Assembly (NCBI GenBank): GCA_965372795.1
Contig: CBDVDR010000002.1
Span: 248,256-312,255 of the forward strand
Direction: 5' to 3'
Source: an uncultured bacterium
GTDB taxonomy: Bacteria; Zixibacteria; MSB-5A5; GN15; FEB-12
DNA: 64,000 nucleotides
Below are positions 39,356 to 47,797 of this stretch, piece after piece (within the stretch, counting starts at the first letter, position 1; every line of letters begins with the position of its first letter). Under the pieces are notes generated by a model. It saw only the letters and a program-made list of their open reading frames with translations. It was not told where the DNA came from and did not search any database. The translations under genes and the position numbers were made by a program.

Positions 39356-40453
39356 TCAGTTTTTCTTTCCGGTTTTTTTGGATGATTTATTATTTTTAAC
39401 AAGCTTGTATATTTGTTCCTTAACTTCTTCAGGTGCCGGAACGATTCCACCGGTACGGCCAAAGAAGGAATGAGGTTTGGTATCTTTGTTCGTCAACTCA
39501 ACATCTTCAAACATCTGAGCCGTACTCATCTCAATTGTCAAGATTGCTTTAATGTTACTTTTCTTAATCTCTTTGATCAAACCCTTCTCAGGATATGGGA
39601 ACAAAGTAACCGGACGGAAGAGACCGACCGAAATGCCTTCATCGTTTAATTCATCAATCGCAGTTTGGCAGATTCGTGCCATTGTCCCGTAAGCAATGAT
39701 TAAAACTTTATTTTTAGGAGATATATTATACAATTCTTGGCGACACTCATTCTTTTTCATCGCCTGATATTTTTCATATAGAACCCAGCTGTTTTTCTCA
39801 AGTAACGCCGGATCTAAAAAGAGAGATTTGATAACTTGAGGTTTTCTTCCTTTGGCTCCGGTTACAGCCCATTTTTTTTCCGGAAGATCAGGTTCTTCAT
39901 ATTTGTCAGGAAACTCAACCGCTTCCATCATCTGGCCAATCATGCCATCGCCAATCATCATGACCGGATTCAAATATTTATCAGCCAGATGGAAGGCAAG
40001 CATCATCAGGTCGACTGCTTCCTGAATCGTAGCCGGTGCTAACACCAGTAGTCGGTAATCGCCGTGACCTCCGCCTTTGGTAGCCTGAAAATAATCTGAT
40101 TGAGCCGGTAAAATTCCGCCCAGTCCCGGACCGCCACGCATGATATTAACAAAAACAGCTGGAAGCTGCGCACCGGCCATATAAGAAATTGTTTCCTGCA
40201 TCAAAGAGATTCCCGGACTGGATGAGGTCGTAAAAACCCGTTTTCCCGTTGATGCGGCTCCGAATATCATATTCCCGACAGCGATTTCGCTTTCACCTTG
40301 CAGAAAAACACCACCGACTTCGGGCATTCGTCGGGCAAGATACTCGGCAACTTCAGTCTGAGGAGTAATCGGGTAACAAAAATATGCTTCGGCACCGGCT
40401 TTTAGAGCCGCCTCTGCAATTGCTTCATTACCTTTCATTAATATTTTTGCCAT
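39356..40453 (-). CDS. vorB: 2-oxoacid:ferredoxin oxidoreductase alpha subunit (3-methyl-2-oxobutanoate dehydrogenase VorB type)
   Basis: MKGNEAIAEAA, YPITPQ, TSSSPGISL and RGGPGLG...TKGGGHGDY. Confidence 0.9.
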   Translation of the reverse strand: MAKILMKGNEAIAEAALKAGAEAYFCYPITPQTEVAEYLARRMPEVGGVFLQGESEIAVGNMIFGAASTGKRVFTTSSSPGISLMQETISYMAGAQLPAVFVNIMRGGPGLGGILPAQSDYFQATKGGGHGDYRLLVLAPATIQEAVDLMMLAFHLADKYLNPVMMIGDGMIGQMMEAVEFPDKYEEPDLPEKKWAVTGAKGRKPQVIKSLFLDPALLEKNSWVLYEKYQAMKKNECRQELYNISPKNKVLIIAYGTMARICQTAIDELNDEGISVGLFRPVTLFPYPEKGLIKEIKKSNIKAILTIEMSTAQMFEDVELTNKDTKPHSFFGRTGGIVPAPEEVKEQIYKLVKNNKSSKKTGKKN

Positions 40454-40468
40454 CAATACTTCCTTTTT

Positions 40469-40702
40469 TTAATAATCAAACAGAGCGAACACAGTTCCAT
40501 GAGTGTATACTTCAATAGCACAATCAGGACAGGTGATCGCACAGATCCGACAGCCGATACAACCGGTAGGTTCGTGCATTCTGGCATAAAAGTAACCTTT
40601 GACTGTAATCTCTTTTGACATGGATAGAATGCCTTGCGGACATGCTTTAACGCAAAGTTCGCATCCTTTACAATGATTCTTATCTATCTTAACACCAGGC
40701 AT
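40469..40702 (-). CDS. 2x[4Fe-4S] ferredoxin-like delta subunit
   Basis: CKGCELCVKACP and CIGCRICAITCPD. Confidence 0.93.
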   Translation of the reverse strand: MPGVKIDKNHCKGCELCVKACPQGILSMSKEITVKGYFYARMHEPTGCIGCRICAITCPDCAIEVYTHGTVFALFDY

Positions 40703-40721
40703 ACTTTTCCTTAATTTATTG

Positions 40722-41459
40722 TTACTCTGGTTTTTTTGTTTCCCAAGGTTTTAATAATAAGCGATCAAGGGGGAGAATAGGGGAGTCCAAATCAATCTGT
40801 TCAATAATCTCTCTTAAGCCGCTTGTAAATATTAATGGTAACTTGGTCTTATCACAAGTTTCGATGGCGAGTTTATAGCCATCAATAATTGTTTTTTCGT
40901 CTGTGTTTTCCATCAAGTGAGTGTTTGAAATCAAACCGGTAAATTTTAGTCGTGATGAGGATTCGATATCTTCGATCATTTTGATCGACCCGATGACATC
41001 GGAAGTAAATGGTCGGTTTGCATTTAATACCAGATACATATCATAGTCGATTGTAATAAAGGCATCTTGTAAAGAACTAAGAACTCTCGCTCCGGCATCA
41101 TCGCCGCCAACATCAAGAATCAATTTTCCTTCATTGCGTTCAATCGCCCCTTTGATTTCTGGAAGTACAATTGGCAAATCAGCATAAAACTGTCCGCCTT
41201 CGGGGACCAATGATTTAATTCCCAATTTAGTGAGAGTTTCAATGGCTTCACGGGAACGAAAGTAAGGGTTGATAATATCAAGGTCAGCAATGGCAACAGG
41301 ATCAGTTTGAGATTGGACTAAATGCCTGGCAAGATTAACCGAAACCTCGGATTTGCCACTGCCATATCCACCAACGATAATTATTGTGTTTCCGGTAAGA
41401 ACCGGCAATTTTACCTTACTCAAAACTGTTCCTAACATATTTATTGCAAAAACCATCAA
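40722..41459 (-). CDS. P-loop ATPase of the family often found upstream of vor operons
   Basis: GGYGSGKSE, DLDIINPYFRSRE and LDVGGD; the real start may be TTG at 41423. Confidence 0.82.
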   Translation of the reverse strand: MMVFAINMLGTVLSKVKLPVLTGNTIIIVGGYGSGKSEVSVNLARHLVQSQTDPVAIADLDIINPYFRSREAIETLTKLGIKSLVPEGGQFYADLPIVLPEIKGAIERNEGKLILDVGGDDAGARVLSSLQDAFITIDYDMYLVLNANRPFTSDVIGSIKMIEDIESSSRLKFTGLISNTHLMENTDEKTIIDGYKLAIETCDKTKLPLIFTSGLREIIEQIDLDSPILPLDRLLLKPWETKKPE

Positions 41460-41548
41460 TTATTTCAGAAATCAGGACAATTAAGTATCAAAACAGAATA
41501 TTATTTTAACGGACGAAATAAAACTAAAATAAAACTAAAGTCAACCCC

Positions 41549-41566
41549 TTGTGAAAAAAATAACGA
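41549..41566. promoter_or_regulatory. Rex-like operator candidate upstream of the vor/bfu operon
   Basis: TTGTGAA-AAAA-ATAACGA, next to a minus-strand TTGACT -35-like hexamer (41539-41544). Confidence 0.45.
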
Positions 41567-41653
41567 TATTTATCGAATTGACTCTTGAAATTTTCTCATA
41601 TATATTTCAGAAGTTAATTAAATATAGTAAATTACAAGATTAAAGGATGATTA

Positions 41654-42475
41654 TTGATGAATATTTGGTTTAGGCAAGTTCACATATTTCTTGGAAAGAG
41701 ATTGTTTTTAACCCTGATTCTGATATCTGCTATATTTATCAGTTGCGGGCAAAAAGATACAGCTCCAAAAGAAAATATTACTTCTATAGATGAAGTAACC
41801 GAAGGTTATCAAAATTGGTTAAATTACACGTATGAAAATGTAGTTATCCGATACCCCGAAGATTTAGCGTTCAAGGATCAACTGTATCCAATCATTACCG
41901 GATTCATAAAATACCGAAAGCAAGTTTGTGATTTGTTTCAAATAAACTACCCGACCGACACCGTTACCATCTATTATCATAACGGCTTTAAGCAGCTTGA
42001 AGAACTTACCGGGTCGATGTATCCAACGGTGGATAGTAATAATATTTATTATTCGATGCCTTACAATTTGGGTGCGCCTATGATGGATTATCTCCTGACC
42101 CTTTGGCACCCGGAGGGCACCCGTCATAAATTTTTAAAAGAAGGTATTATGACGATGTTTGATTTCTCGGGACAGGATTACCATGGGATGACGCTCAATT
42201 ATCGTGATGATGACAAACTTGTTTCGCTGACTTATTTATCTGAAGATACTACCATCAATGTTTATGCCGAAAAATATTTCTCTGCTGAAGCGGCATCATT
42301 TATTGCCTTCGTGATTGATACTTATGGAATGGTTGGACTGGAAAAATTATATGTTTCCAAACAACCGTTTGATAAAGCTGTTTTTGGACTTTTTAAAATT
42401 AAATCACCGCAACTTCAGGAACGATGGTTAAAATTTGCGGAAGAAATGTATTATAGACAACTTAATAATAAATAA
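41654..42475 (+). CDS. Lipoprotein, remotely peptidase MA-like
   Basis: Lipobox IFISC; FLKEG and YFSAEAASFIAFVIDTYG pattern; no HEXXH. Confidence 0.6.
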   Translation: MMNIWFRQVHIFLGKRLFLTLILISAIFISCGQKDTAPKENITSIDEVTEGYQNWLNYTYENVVIRYPEDLAFKDQLYPIITGFIKYRKQVCDLFQINYPTDTVTIYYHNGFKQLEELTGSMYPTVDSNNIYYSMPYNLGAPMMDYLLTLWHPEGTRHKFLKEGIMTMFDFSGQDYHGMTLNYRDDDKLVSLTYLSEDTTINVYAEKYFSAEAASFIAFVIDTYGMVGLEKLYVSKQPFDKAVFGLFKIKSPQLQERWLKFAEEMYYRQLNNK

Positions 42476-42492
42476 AGAAGATGAGGTTATAA

Positions 42493-43254
42493 ATGTCTGA
42501 AAATTGGAAAACGGCGATAACCGATATTGGTCCTAATAAAATTCGGGTCAAAGGCTACGATATTGCTGATGTCATGGATAAACTAACTTATGCCGAAGCT
42601 GTTTACCTGATTCTAAAAGGGGAGATACCCACAAAAGCTGAGGCGGCTATGATGAATGCTGTCTTAGTGTCATCAATCGACCATGGCGCCTCACCTCCGT
42701 CTGTTCTTGGCACGCGCACAGTTATGTCTGGGGGAAATTCATTAAACGCTGCTATTGCCGGAGGAATTCTGGTTATCGGTGATACCCATGGCGGTGCGAT
42801 AGAAAAATCTGCCAAAATTATGCAGGAATGGGCAGCCAAAGAGGGTGAACCAAATGCTATCGCATCCGAATTAGTTGATTACTTGAAAGAGAACAAAATA
42901 CGGATGCCTGGATTTGGCCATCGTCTTCATACTGTTGATCCGAGAACGGGTAAATTATTTGAAATCGCCGAAAAAAATGGTTTCAAAGGAAAACATATCG
43001 AGCTTTGTAAAGCGATTGAGAAAACTCTCGAAACTAAACTCGGCAAGAAACTTCCCATTAATGTTGATGGTGCCATTGCCGCAGTAATCTCTGACATGGG
43101 CTTTGACTGGAGACTGGGCAAAGGGTTTTTCATTATTTCAAGAGTACCCGGACTGATTGCTCATGCGATTGAGGAGAAAAAACGGGAACGACCGATGCGG
43201 AAACTCGGACCGATGCCTTATGACTATGACGGTCCTGACGACCGGGAGATATAG
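42493..43254 (+). CDS. Citryl-CoA lyase / short citrate synthase family protein
   Basis: IDHG, HGGA, PGFGHR and INVDGA; 253 aa. Confidence 0.88.
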   Translation: MSENWKTAITDIGPNKIRVKGYDIADVMDKLTYAEAVYLILKGEIPTKAEAAMMNAVLVSSIDHGASPPSVLGTRTVMSGGNSLNAAIAGGILVIGDTHGGAIEKSAKIMQEWAAKEGEPNAIASELVDYLKENKIRMPGFGHRLHTVDPRTGKLFEIAEKNGFKGKHIELCKAIEKTLETKLGKKLPINVDGAIAAVISDMGFDWRLGKGFFIISRVPGLIAHAIEEKKRERPMRKLGPMPYDYDGPDDREI

Positions 43255-43265
43255 AATATTCTACC

Positions 43266-43299
43266 AAAGCCTCTTAGTTAAATGAGAGGCTTTTTTTTT
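43266..43299 (+). terminator. Intrinsic terminator
   Basis: AAAGCCTCT...AGAGGCTTT followed by a T tract. Confidence 0.85.
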
Positions 43300-43300
43300 C

Positions 43301-43481
43301 GTAGGGCAGAGCTCACCGAGACCTGCCAATAAAACACACACTGTGTCTGTCATTGCGAGCGCCTGTCCGCCTAGGCGGGAAGCGCGGCAATCTCATTTTT
43401 TTTTATGTTCTGTTAGGTCTTGATTTGCCAACGGTTCGCCATGGCGAATGACCCGACAGCATTTCTCATGAGTAGGTCAAG
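43301..43481. repeat. Cluster of REP-like palindromes (left boundary of the island)
   Basis: GTAG-GGCAG..CTGCC at 43301; GTCATTGCGAGCG..AAGCGCGGCAATCTC at 43349-43394; element 43403-43459 is an inverted copy of 49034-49083; truncated GTAGGTCAAG at 43472. Confidence 0.85.
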
Positions 43482-43495
43482 TTGTGGGAAATTTA

Positions 43496-45739
43496 TCAGT
43501 CCGAAAAGACATCGTTAATTTTGTCAGCTTCGTAATCAAGAAAATCTCTTCTATTCTCTGAGATTGAACGCTTTACAGCACTTAAAACTTGTTCCTCAGT
43601 CCAATCTTTATCAATATTATTCTCAATTTTTTTTATCGCAGAATTAGGAACCCCATACTCATTTAAAATCATCAAGTTTGGCTGAATAAAATCGTTTTCA
43701 ATTTGACTAGCATAAAAAGAGTATTCTCCTGCATTCAAGTTATTTAATGTTGCTACATGTTTTTGAAGTTTATTTATTGTTTGAATCCATTTGGGAATTT
43801 TATATCCAAACCAGTGCTTCATAGCCTGAAGTGCAAAACGTATCGCGTCATCATAAATCTCTTCATCAGTGTAGGATTTATATCTTGATAGAGTTTGAAA
43901 GTAAGAGTTCTGAGCTCTAATTAAATATTGAATACTTTTATACCTTCCATAATCAGAAGTAATTTTTACTATTTGCTTCACTGTATAAGGGCTAGTACTT
44001 TCCCCTGGTTTTAATAAATTATTCCAAGCCAATAATATCAAATATGCAAGTTGATGATAAGTTGGCATACCTTGCCACAGTATTAGATCAGATTTTCTTA
44101 GCATATCTACTTTAAGAATTTCAAGAATTTTCTGTTGTCCCGTTACAAGCAATCCATTTTTTTTAATTATTTCTTTTTCCACATCAGGGATTGAAAGAAT
44201 ATTTAGATAATCACTGCTATTTTTATCTATTATTTCATCACTGTTTAAATGTATTAAAACTTCGGAGGTTACAGGATTTTGTTCAAAAAATGGAATATCA
44301 ATAATCACATCTCCCTTTTCTGGAGGTGAATTGAAGTTGTATATTTTCCCAACATAGTGAATCATCATTCGTCCTGAACGGCCTCTAATATTGGCATAAT
44401 CAAAATAATCTATTTTTTGCTTACCCTTTTTTGAATCAAAATAAACAATATTTTTTGCGCTTGTATTTACTCCTTCAATGATTGTTGAAGTACAAAATAG
44501 ATATTTCAGCTTTTGATTATTAAAATAACTGATAATAGTAGATGTCATATGTTTTGGTAATGCACCATCATGAACTCCAATACCTAATTTCAAACAATCA
44601 ACAATACTCCATTTTTTGGATATATTTTCTGTTATCCATTCTATAATATTTAAGTTTTCATTCTCTTTAATATCTTTTGTCTGTAAAAAAACAGTAAACT
44701 TCTTTGCCATCTTTCTTGCTCTTTCAGGAGAAGAGCAATAAATCATTGTTTGTTCTTTTTTTAAATCCAATAAAAGATTAAATAAAACATTGTCTCGATA
44801 AATTATAGCATCTTTGTACCCTTTCTTGGCATGATGACTTGCATTGTCAAAAACTTCTTTATGTTGTTCATAAATGTCAATTATCTGATTATCCACTAGT
44901 GAATAATTTGTTATTATAAAGTACGCATCATATTTCTCTGCAAAACCCTTTGATATACCATCTATATTTGGACCAAGAAGGTAAAATTGAGAGTTTTGTG
45001 ATATTAGGAAATGGAAGGCATTATTCAAAACATCAGATCTTTCATCATCACGTTTTGCACTTAATTTATAAAACTCATCAATAACAAAAAAATCAATACT
45101 TGGTAAATCTTTGTATTCCATAACACGTTCAGCAGTCAGCAAAAAAAGATTCCGCTTTATACTTGATGCTTTTTGAGTTGTTCTAACTATGATTTTATAA
45201 TCATTCCTGTATCGCTTTAGTTTTTTTCGGGTTTCATCAAGTAGTGCAAGAGTTGGTTGAATAACAACTATATTGTTAAATCTTTTACTGGCTACTAAAT
45301 CTTCAATCAATAAACTTTTACCAAAACTTGTAGGTGCACTTACAATGACATTTTTTCCAGCATTTAAAAGGTTCGCCAATTCTTTCTGTTCTTCATGAAA
45401 ATATGTATCCCTTAAATATTCAGAAGAATGATAAACTTTTCTTATATGTTGAGGTGTACAGAAATTGTAACTGTCTTTAAGTATTAATTTTTCAGTATAG
45501 GGATAAAAACCGGCGCTTTCAACCAAATCACTCCATATATGGAAATGTACTTCTGGTAATTTATACCAGTTATCTAAAACATTTATTACTAATCTTCTGC
45601 CCCACATATTTTTTTCTTCATCATCACTGTAGAGCAATTTACTACACAATTTTAATAAGTAAAAACTACTAGAATCAGGAATATTTGTTGCTGACTTGAT
45701 TCTATCAATATATTTTTGATAATAATTAGGCATCATCAA
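43496..45739 (-). CDS. hamB: Hachiman antiphage helicase HamB (Ski2-like SF2)
   Basis: APTSFGKS, DEFYK, STIIEGVN and NIRGRSGR; overlaps the upstream DUF1837 gene; AT-rich. Confidence 0.85.
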   Translation of the reverse strand: MMMPNYYQKYIDRIKSATNIPDSSSFYLLKLCSKLLYSDDEEKNMWGRRLVINVLDNWYKLPEVHFHIWSDLVESAGFYPYTEKLILKDSYNFCTPQHIRKVYHSSEYLRDTYFHEEQKELANLLNAGKNVIVSAPTSFGKSLLIEDLVASKRFNNIVVIQPTLALLDETRKKLKRYRNDYKIIVRTTQKASSIKRNLFLLTAERVMEYKDLPSIDFFVIDEFYKLSAKRDDERSDVLNNAFHFLISQNSQFYLLGPNIDGISKGFAEKYDAYFIITNYSLVDNQIIDIYEQHKEVFDNASHHAKKGYKDAIIYRDNVLFNLLLDLKKEQTMIYCSSPERARKMAKKFTVFLQTKDIKENENLNIIEWITENISKKWSIVDCLKLGIGVHDGALPKHMTSTIISYFNNQKLKYLFCTSTIIEGVNTSAKNIVYFDSKKGKQKIDYFDYANIRGRSGRMMIHYVGKIYNFNSPPEKGDVIIDIPFFEQNPVTSEVLIHLNSDEIIDKNSSDYLNILSIPDVEKEIIKKNGLLVTGQQKILEILKVDMLRKSDLILWQGMPTYHQLAYLILLAWNNLLKPGESTSPYTVKQIVKITSDYGRYKSIQYLIRAQNSYFQTLSRYKSYTDEEIYDDAIRFALQAMKHWFGYKIPKWIQTINKLQKHVATLNNLNAGEYSFYASQIENDFIQPNLMILNEYGVPNSAIKKIENNIDKDWTEEQVLSAVKRSISENRRDFLDYEADKINDVFSD

Positions 45740-46604
45740 TAGCTCTTAAATTTTCAATTTTTTTATTCATTCTCACAACTAATTCATCTTTGCATTTAAT
45801 AGGAAATAATAGCAAAATAATATTTAAATGTGTTTTTAATGGATGATCATTATTTTCGTCAAAATGTTCCTTTAAACTTCTAACTTCCTTTTCATAAGCA
45901 TTAATAAATTCTTCTGTCTCCTTTTCAAAATCGGTAAAATTGTCGCTTGTAAACGTACAAAGAAGTGGGATTGTTATAGAATCCAACACATCTGTCATTT
46001 TAGTACTATCATGCATTAAATTTAACCAATATTCCTTCTCTGGAATTTCTGAACAAACCTTAACCTTCTTGCTAATAAGTGCAAATTCACTATTTAAATA
46101 ATCACCGAGAATATGTTTTTTTATGTCTGTAATTAATTCTGAAACACCTATTTTCCCGTCTTTGTATAGTTTAGATTCTCCAAGCCATAGAGTTTTTTTT
46201 GCGGTTTGAATGTGTACTGCATCAAAACCATGGACCGGAATACCTCTATTGTCTTTAAAATATAATTTTGAAAGAAGAGGTATTGTATTATGAAAATCAC
46301 GCAATAACAGATGTAGGATCAACTCCCCAATGTCTCCACCCTTTTTATCAACGCGAATTGATTTAGCGGCTTCACATAGTTTTTCTATTATCCCTGTTTG
46401 GTCTACAGTTACGCCTTGATGAAAACCAAATGCAAACTCCGGTATCACTTCTTGTAATAGCTTTATAAATGGTTTCCATCTATATTCATATTTTCCATTA
46501 TCTGGATTTATATCAAAACCAACAAAATAAGTACAAAAATCAGATTCAGAAATATGTTCTTTGATAACTTTGAAAGCATCATAATTTTTTACTTCTTTTG
46601 TCAT
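45726..46604 (-). CDS. hamA: Hachiman antiphage protein HamA (DUF1837 nuclease)
   Basis: GELILHLLLR, HGFDAVH and LWLGESKLY PD-(D/E)xK-type motifs; directly upstream of the helicase. Confidence 0.85.
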   Translation of the reverse strand: MTKEVKNYDAFKVIKEHISESDFCTYFVGFDINPDNGKYEYRWKPFIKLLQEVIPEFAFGFHQGVTVDQTGIIEKLCEAAKSIRVDKKGGDIGELILHLLLRDFHNTIPLLSKLYFKDNRGIPVHGFDAVHIQTAKKTLWLGESKLYKDGKIGVSELITDIKKHILGDYLNSEFALISKKVKVCSEIPEKEYWLNLMHDSTKMTDVLDSITIPLLCTFTSDNFTDFEKETEEFINAYEKEVRSLKEHFDENNDHPLKTHLNIILLLFPIKCKDELVVRMNKKIENLRAIDDA

Positions 46605-46812
46605 TTGTGATCACACCCAGATATTTTCACGTTTATTTGTAATCTAAATGATATTTAATGTAAAATCCCTGCGTAATGGTCATCTACTTATCCTCTTTAA
46701 AGAATTATTCTCCATCATCAAGTTAACAAACTCAACAATGTTTGTAAACTATTTAATCCCCCTCACTTTCCACACAACTTCACTGGTGATTACTGATCCG
46801 CACCCAATTAAT

Positions 46813-47637
46813 ATGAGACACTATACAAAAAAACAAAAGCTGGCGAACCAACGGAACGCCAAAAAATCCACCGGGCCAAAGACGCCCGAGGGTAAAGCAA
46901 AATCATCGCAAAATGCGATCAAACACGGCCTCTATGCCAAATCGGTCATCATCCGCTCGCCCAACTACAACGAAGACCGCAACGAGTACGACCAACTCGC
47001 CCAATCACTCTTTGAAGAACTAAAACCCGCAACCCATTTCCAGGAAACCCTGGTCATCAAAATCATCAACTGCCTCTGGCGAAGCCAAAGGCTCATCATT
47101 GCCGAAACCGCCAAAATTTCCGACCAAATTAACACCGCTGTAAAATGGCACGATCCAAAATATGGCGATAACAAACTTAACAACGAAATCGGTATCAAAC
47201 AGATACCAAACGAAAACTTCAGCAAAAACCTGATGCGCTATGAAATGCGTCTCGACAAACAGCTTAGCCGTACCTATGAACTCCTGAAACAACTCCAGAA
47301 AACATCCAAACCAAAAAGTAAATCTAAAAGTGAGGAAACGAACCCATTTAACAATCCTAGGGCAGTCCGCCAAGGCGGATGCGATCCTGCCATCTTAGGG
47401 AAAAACACACGAAGTGTGTCCCCGAGACCTGCCAAATCAAACACCCCTTATGCGCCAGAGATAAACACACGAAGTGTGCCCATCCCTGATATAATACCCG
47501 ATCATGACAAAAAACCTGAAGATGTGACAGATGCACAAATCGTCCGTGATCTGATCAAACTTTCTAAACTATGTGACATGGAAATTCTGACCCCGACACC
47601 TTTGGAAAAACTCAACACGATTTCAAAAAACAAGTAA
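46813..47637 (+). CDS. Hypothetical protein of the STGPKTPEGK..NA.KHGL family with a repeat-derived tail
   Basis: ANQRNAKKSTGPKTPEGKAKSSQNAIKHGL and LMRYEMRLDKQL; C-rich sense strand; start probably ATG at 46813 (ORF opens at 46648). Confidence 0.75.
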   Translation: MRHYTKKQKLANQRNAKKSTGPKTPEGKAKSSQNAIKHGLYAKSVIIRSPNYNEDRNEYDQLAQSLFEELKPATHFQETLVIKIINCLWRSQRLIIAETAKISDQINTAVKWHDPKYGDNKLNNEIGIKQIPNENFSKNLMRYEMRLDKQLSRTYELLKQLQKTSKPKSKSKSEETNPFNNPRAVRQGGCDPAILGKNTRSVSPRPAKSNTPYAPEINTRSVPIPDIIPDHDKKPEDVTDAQIVRDLIKLSKLCDMEILTPTPLEKLNTISKNK

Positions 47638-47663
47638 AACCAAAAAGTGAGGAAACGAACCCA
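47326..47663 (+). repeat. 21-bp perfect direct repeat AAAAGTGAGGAAACGAACCCA (47326-47346 and 47643-47663)
   Basis: Direct comparison of the two copies. Confidence 0.9.
47357..47478. repeat. REP-like palindromes inside the coding tail
   Basis: TAGGGCAG-TCCGCCAAGGCGGA-..CTGCCA; AAACACACGAAGTGTG at 47403 and 47463; CCGAGACCTGCCAA shared with 43316. Confidence 0.8.
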
Positions 47664-47722
47664 AATCCTTGTTATAATGAACACCATAAAGAGATACAAG
47701 GGAAATTCGAATAAAGCTATTC

Positions 47723-47791
47723 GTAGGGCAGAACCCTTTAGTGGTTCTGCCATTCCGTCAGTTGGGCATCCGCCTTGGCGGACTGACCTAC
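47723..47791. repeat. Inverted pair of GTAG-type REPs (REPIN-like)
   Basis: GTAG-GGCAGAACC-CTTTAGT-GGTTCTGCC on + and GTAGGTCAG-TCCGCCAAGGCGGA-TGCCCAAC on -. Confidence 0.8.
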
Positions 47792-47797
47792 TAAATA

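Noticed and set aside
38021..43254. Reductive TCA carbon fixation locus
   Set aside because: The oxidoreductase looks VOR-type and no citryl-CoA synthetase or ATP-citrate lyase is in the window, so the evidence is insufficient
43255..43300. tRNA or att integration site at the island edge
   Set aside because: No tRNA cloverleaf, integrase or flanking direct repeat was found; only a terminator
47403..47478. Possible mini CRISPR array (16-bp repeat with a 60-bp period)
   Set aside because: Only two short copies, inside an ORF, and no cas genes
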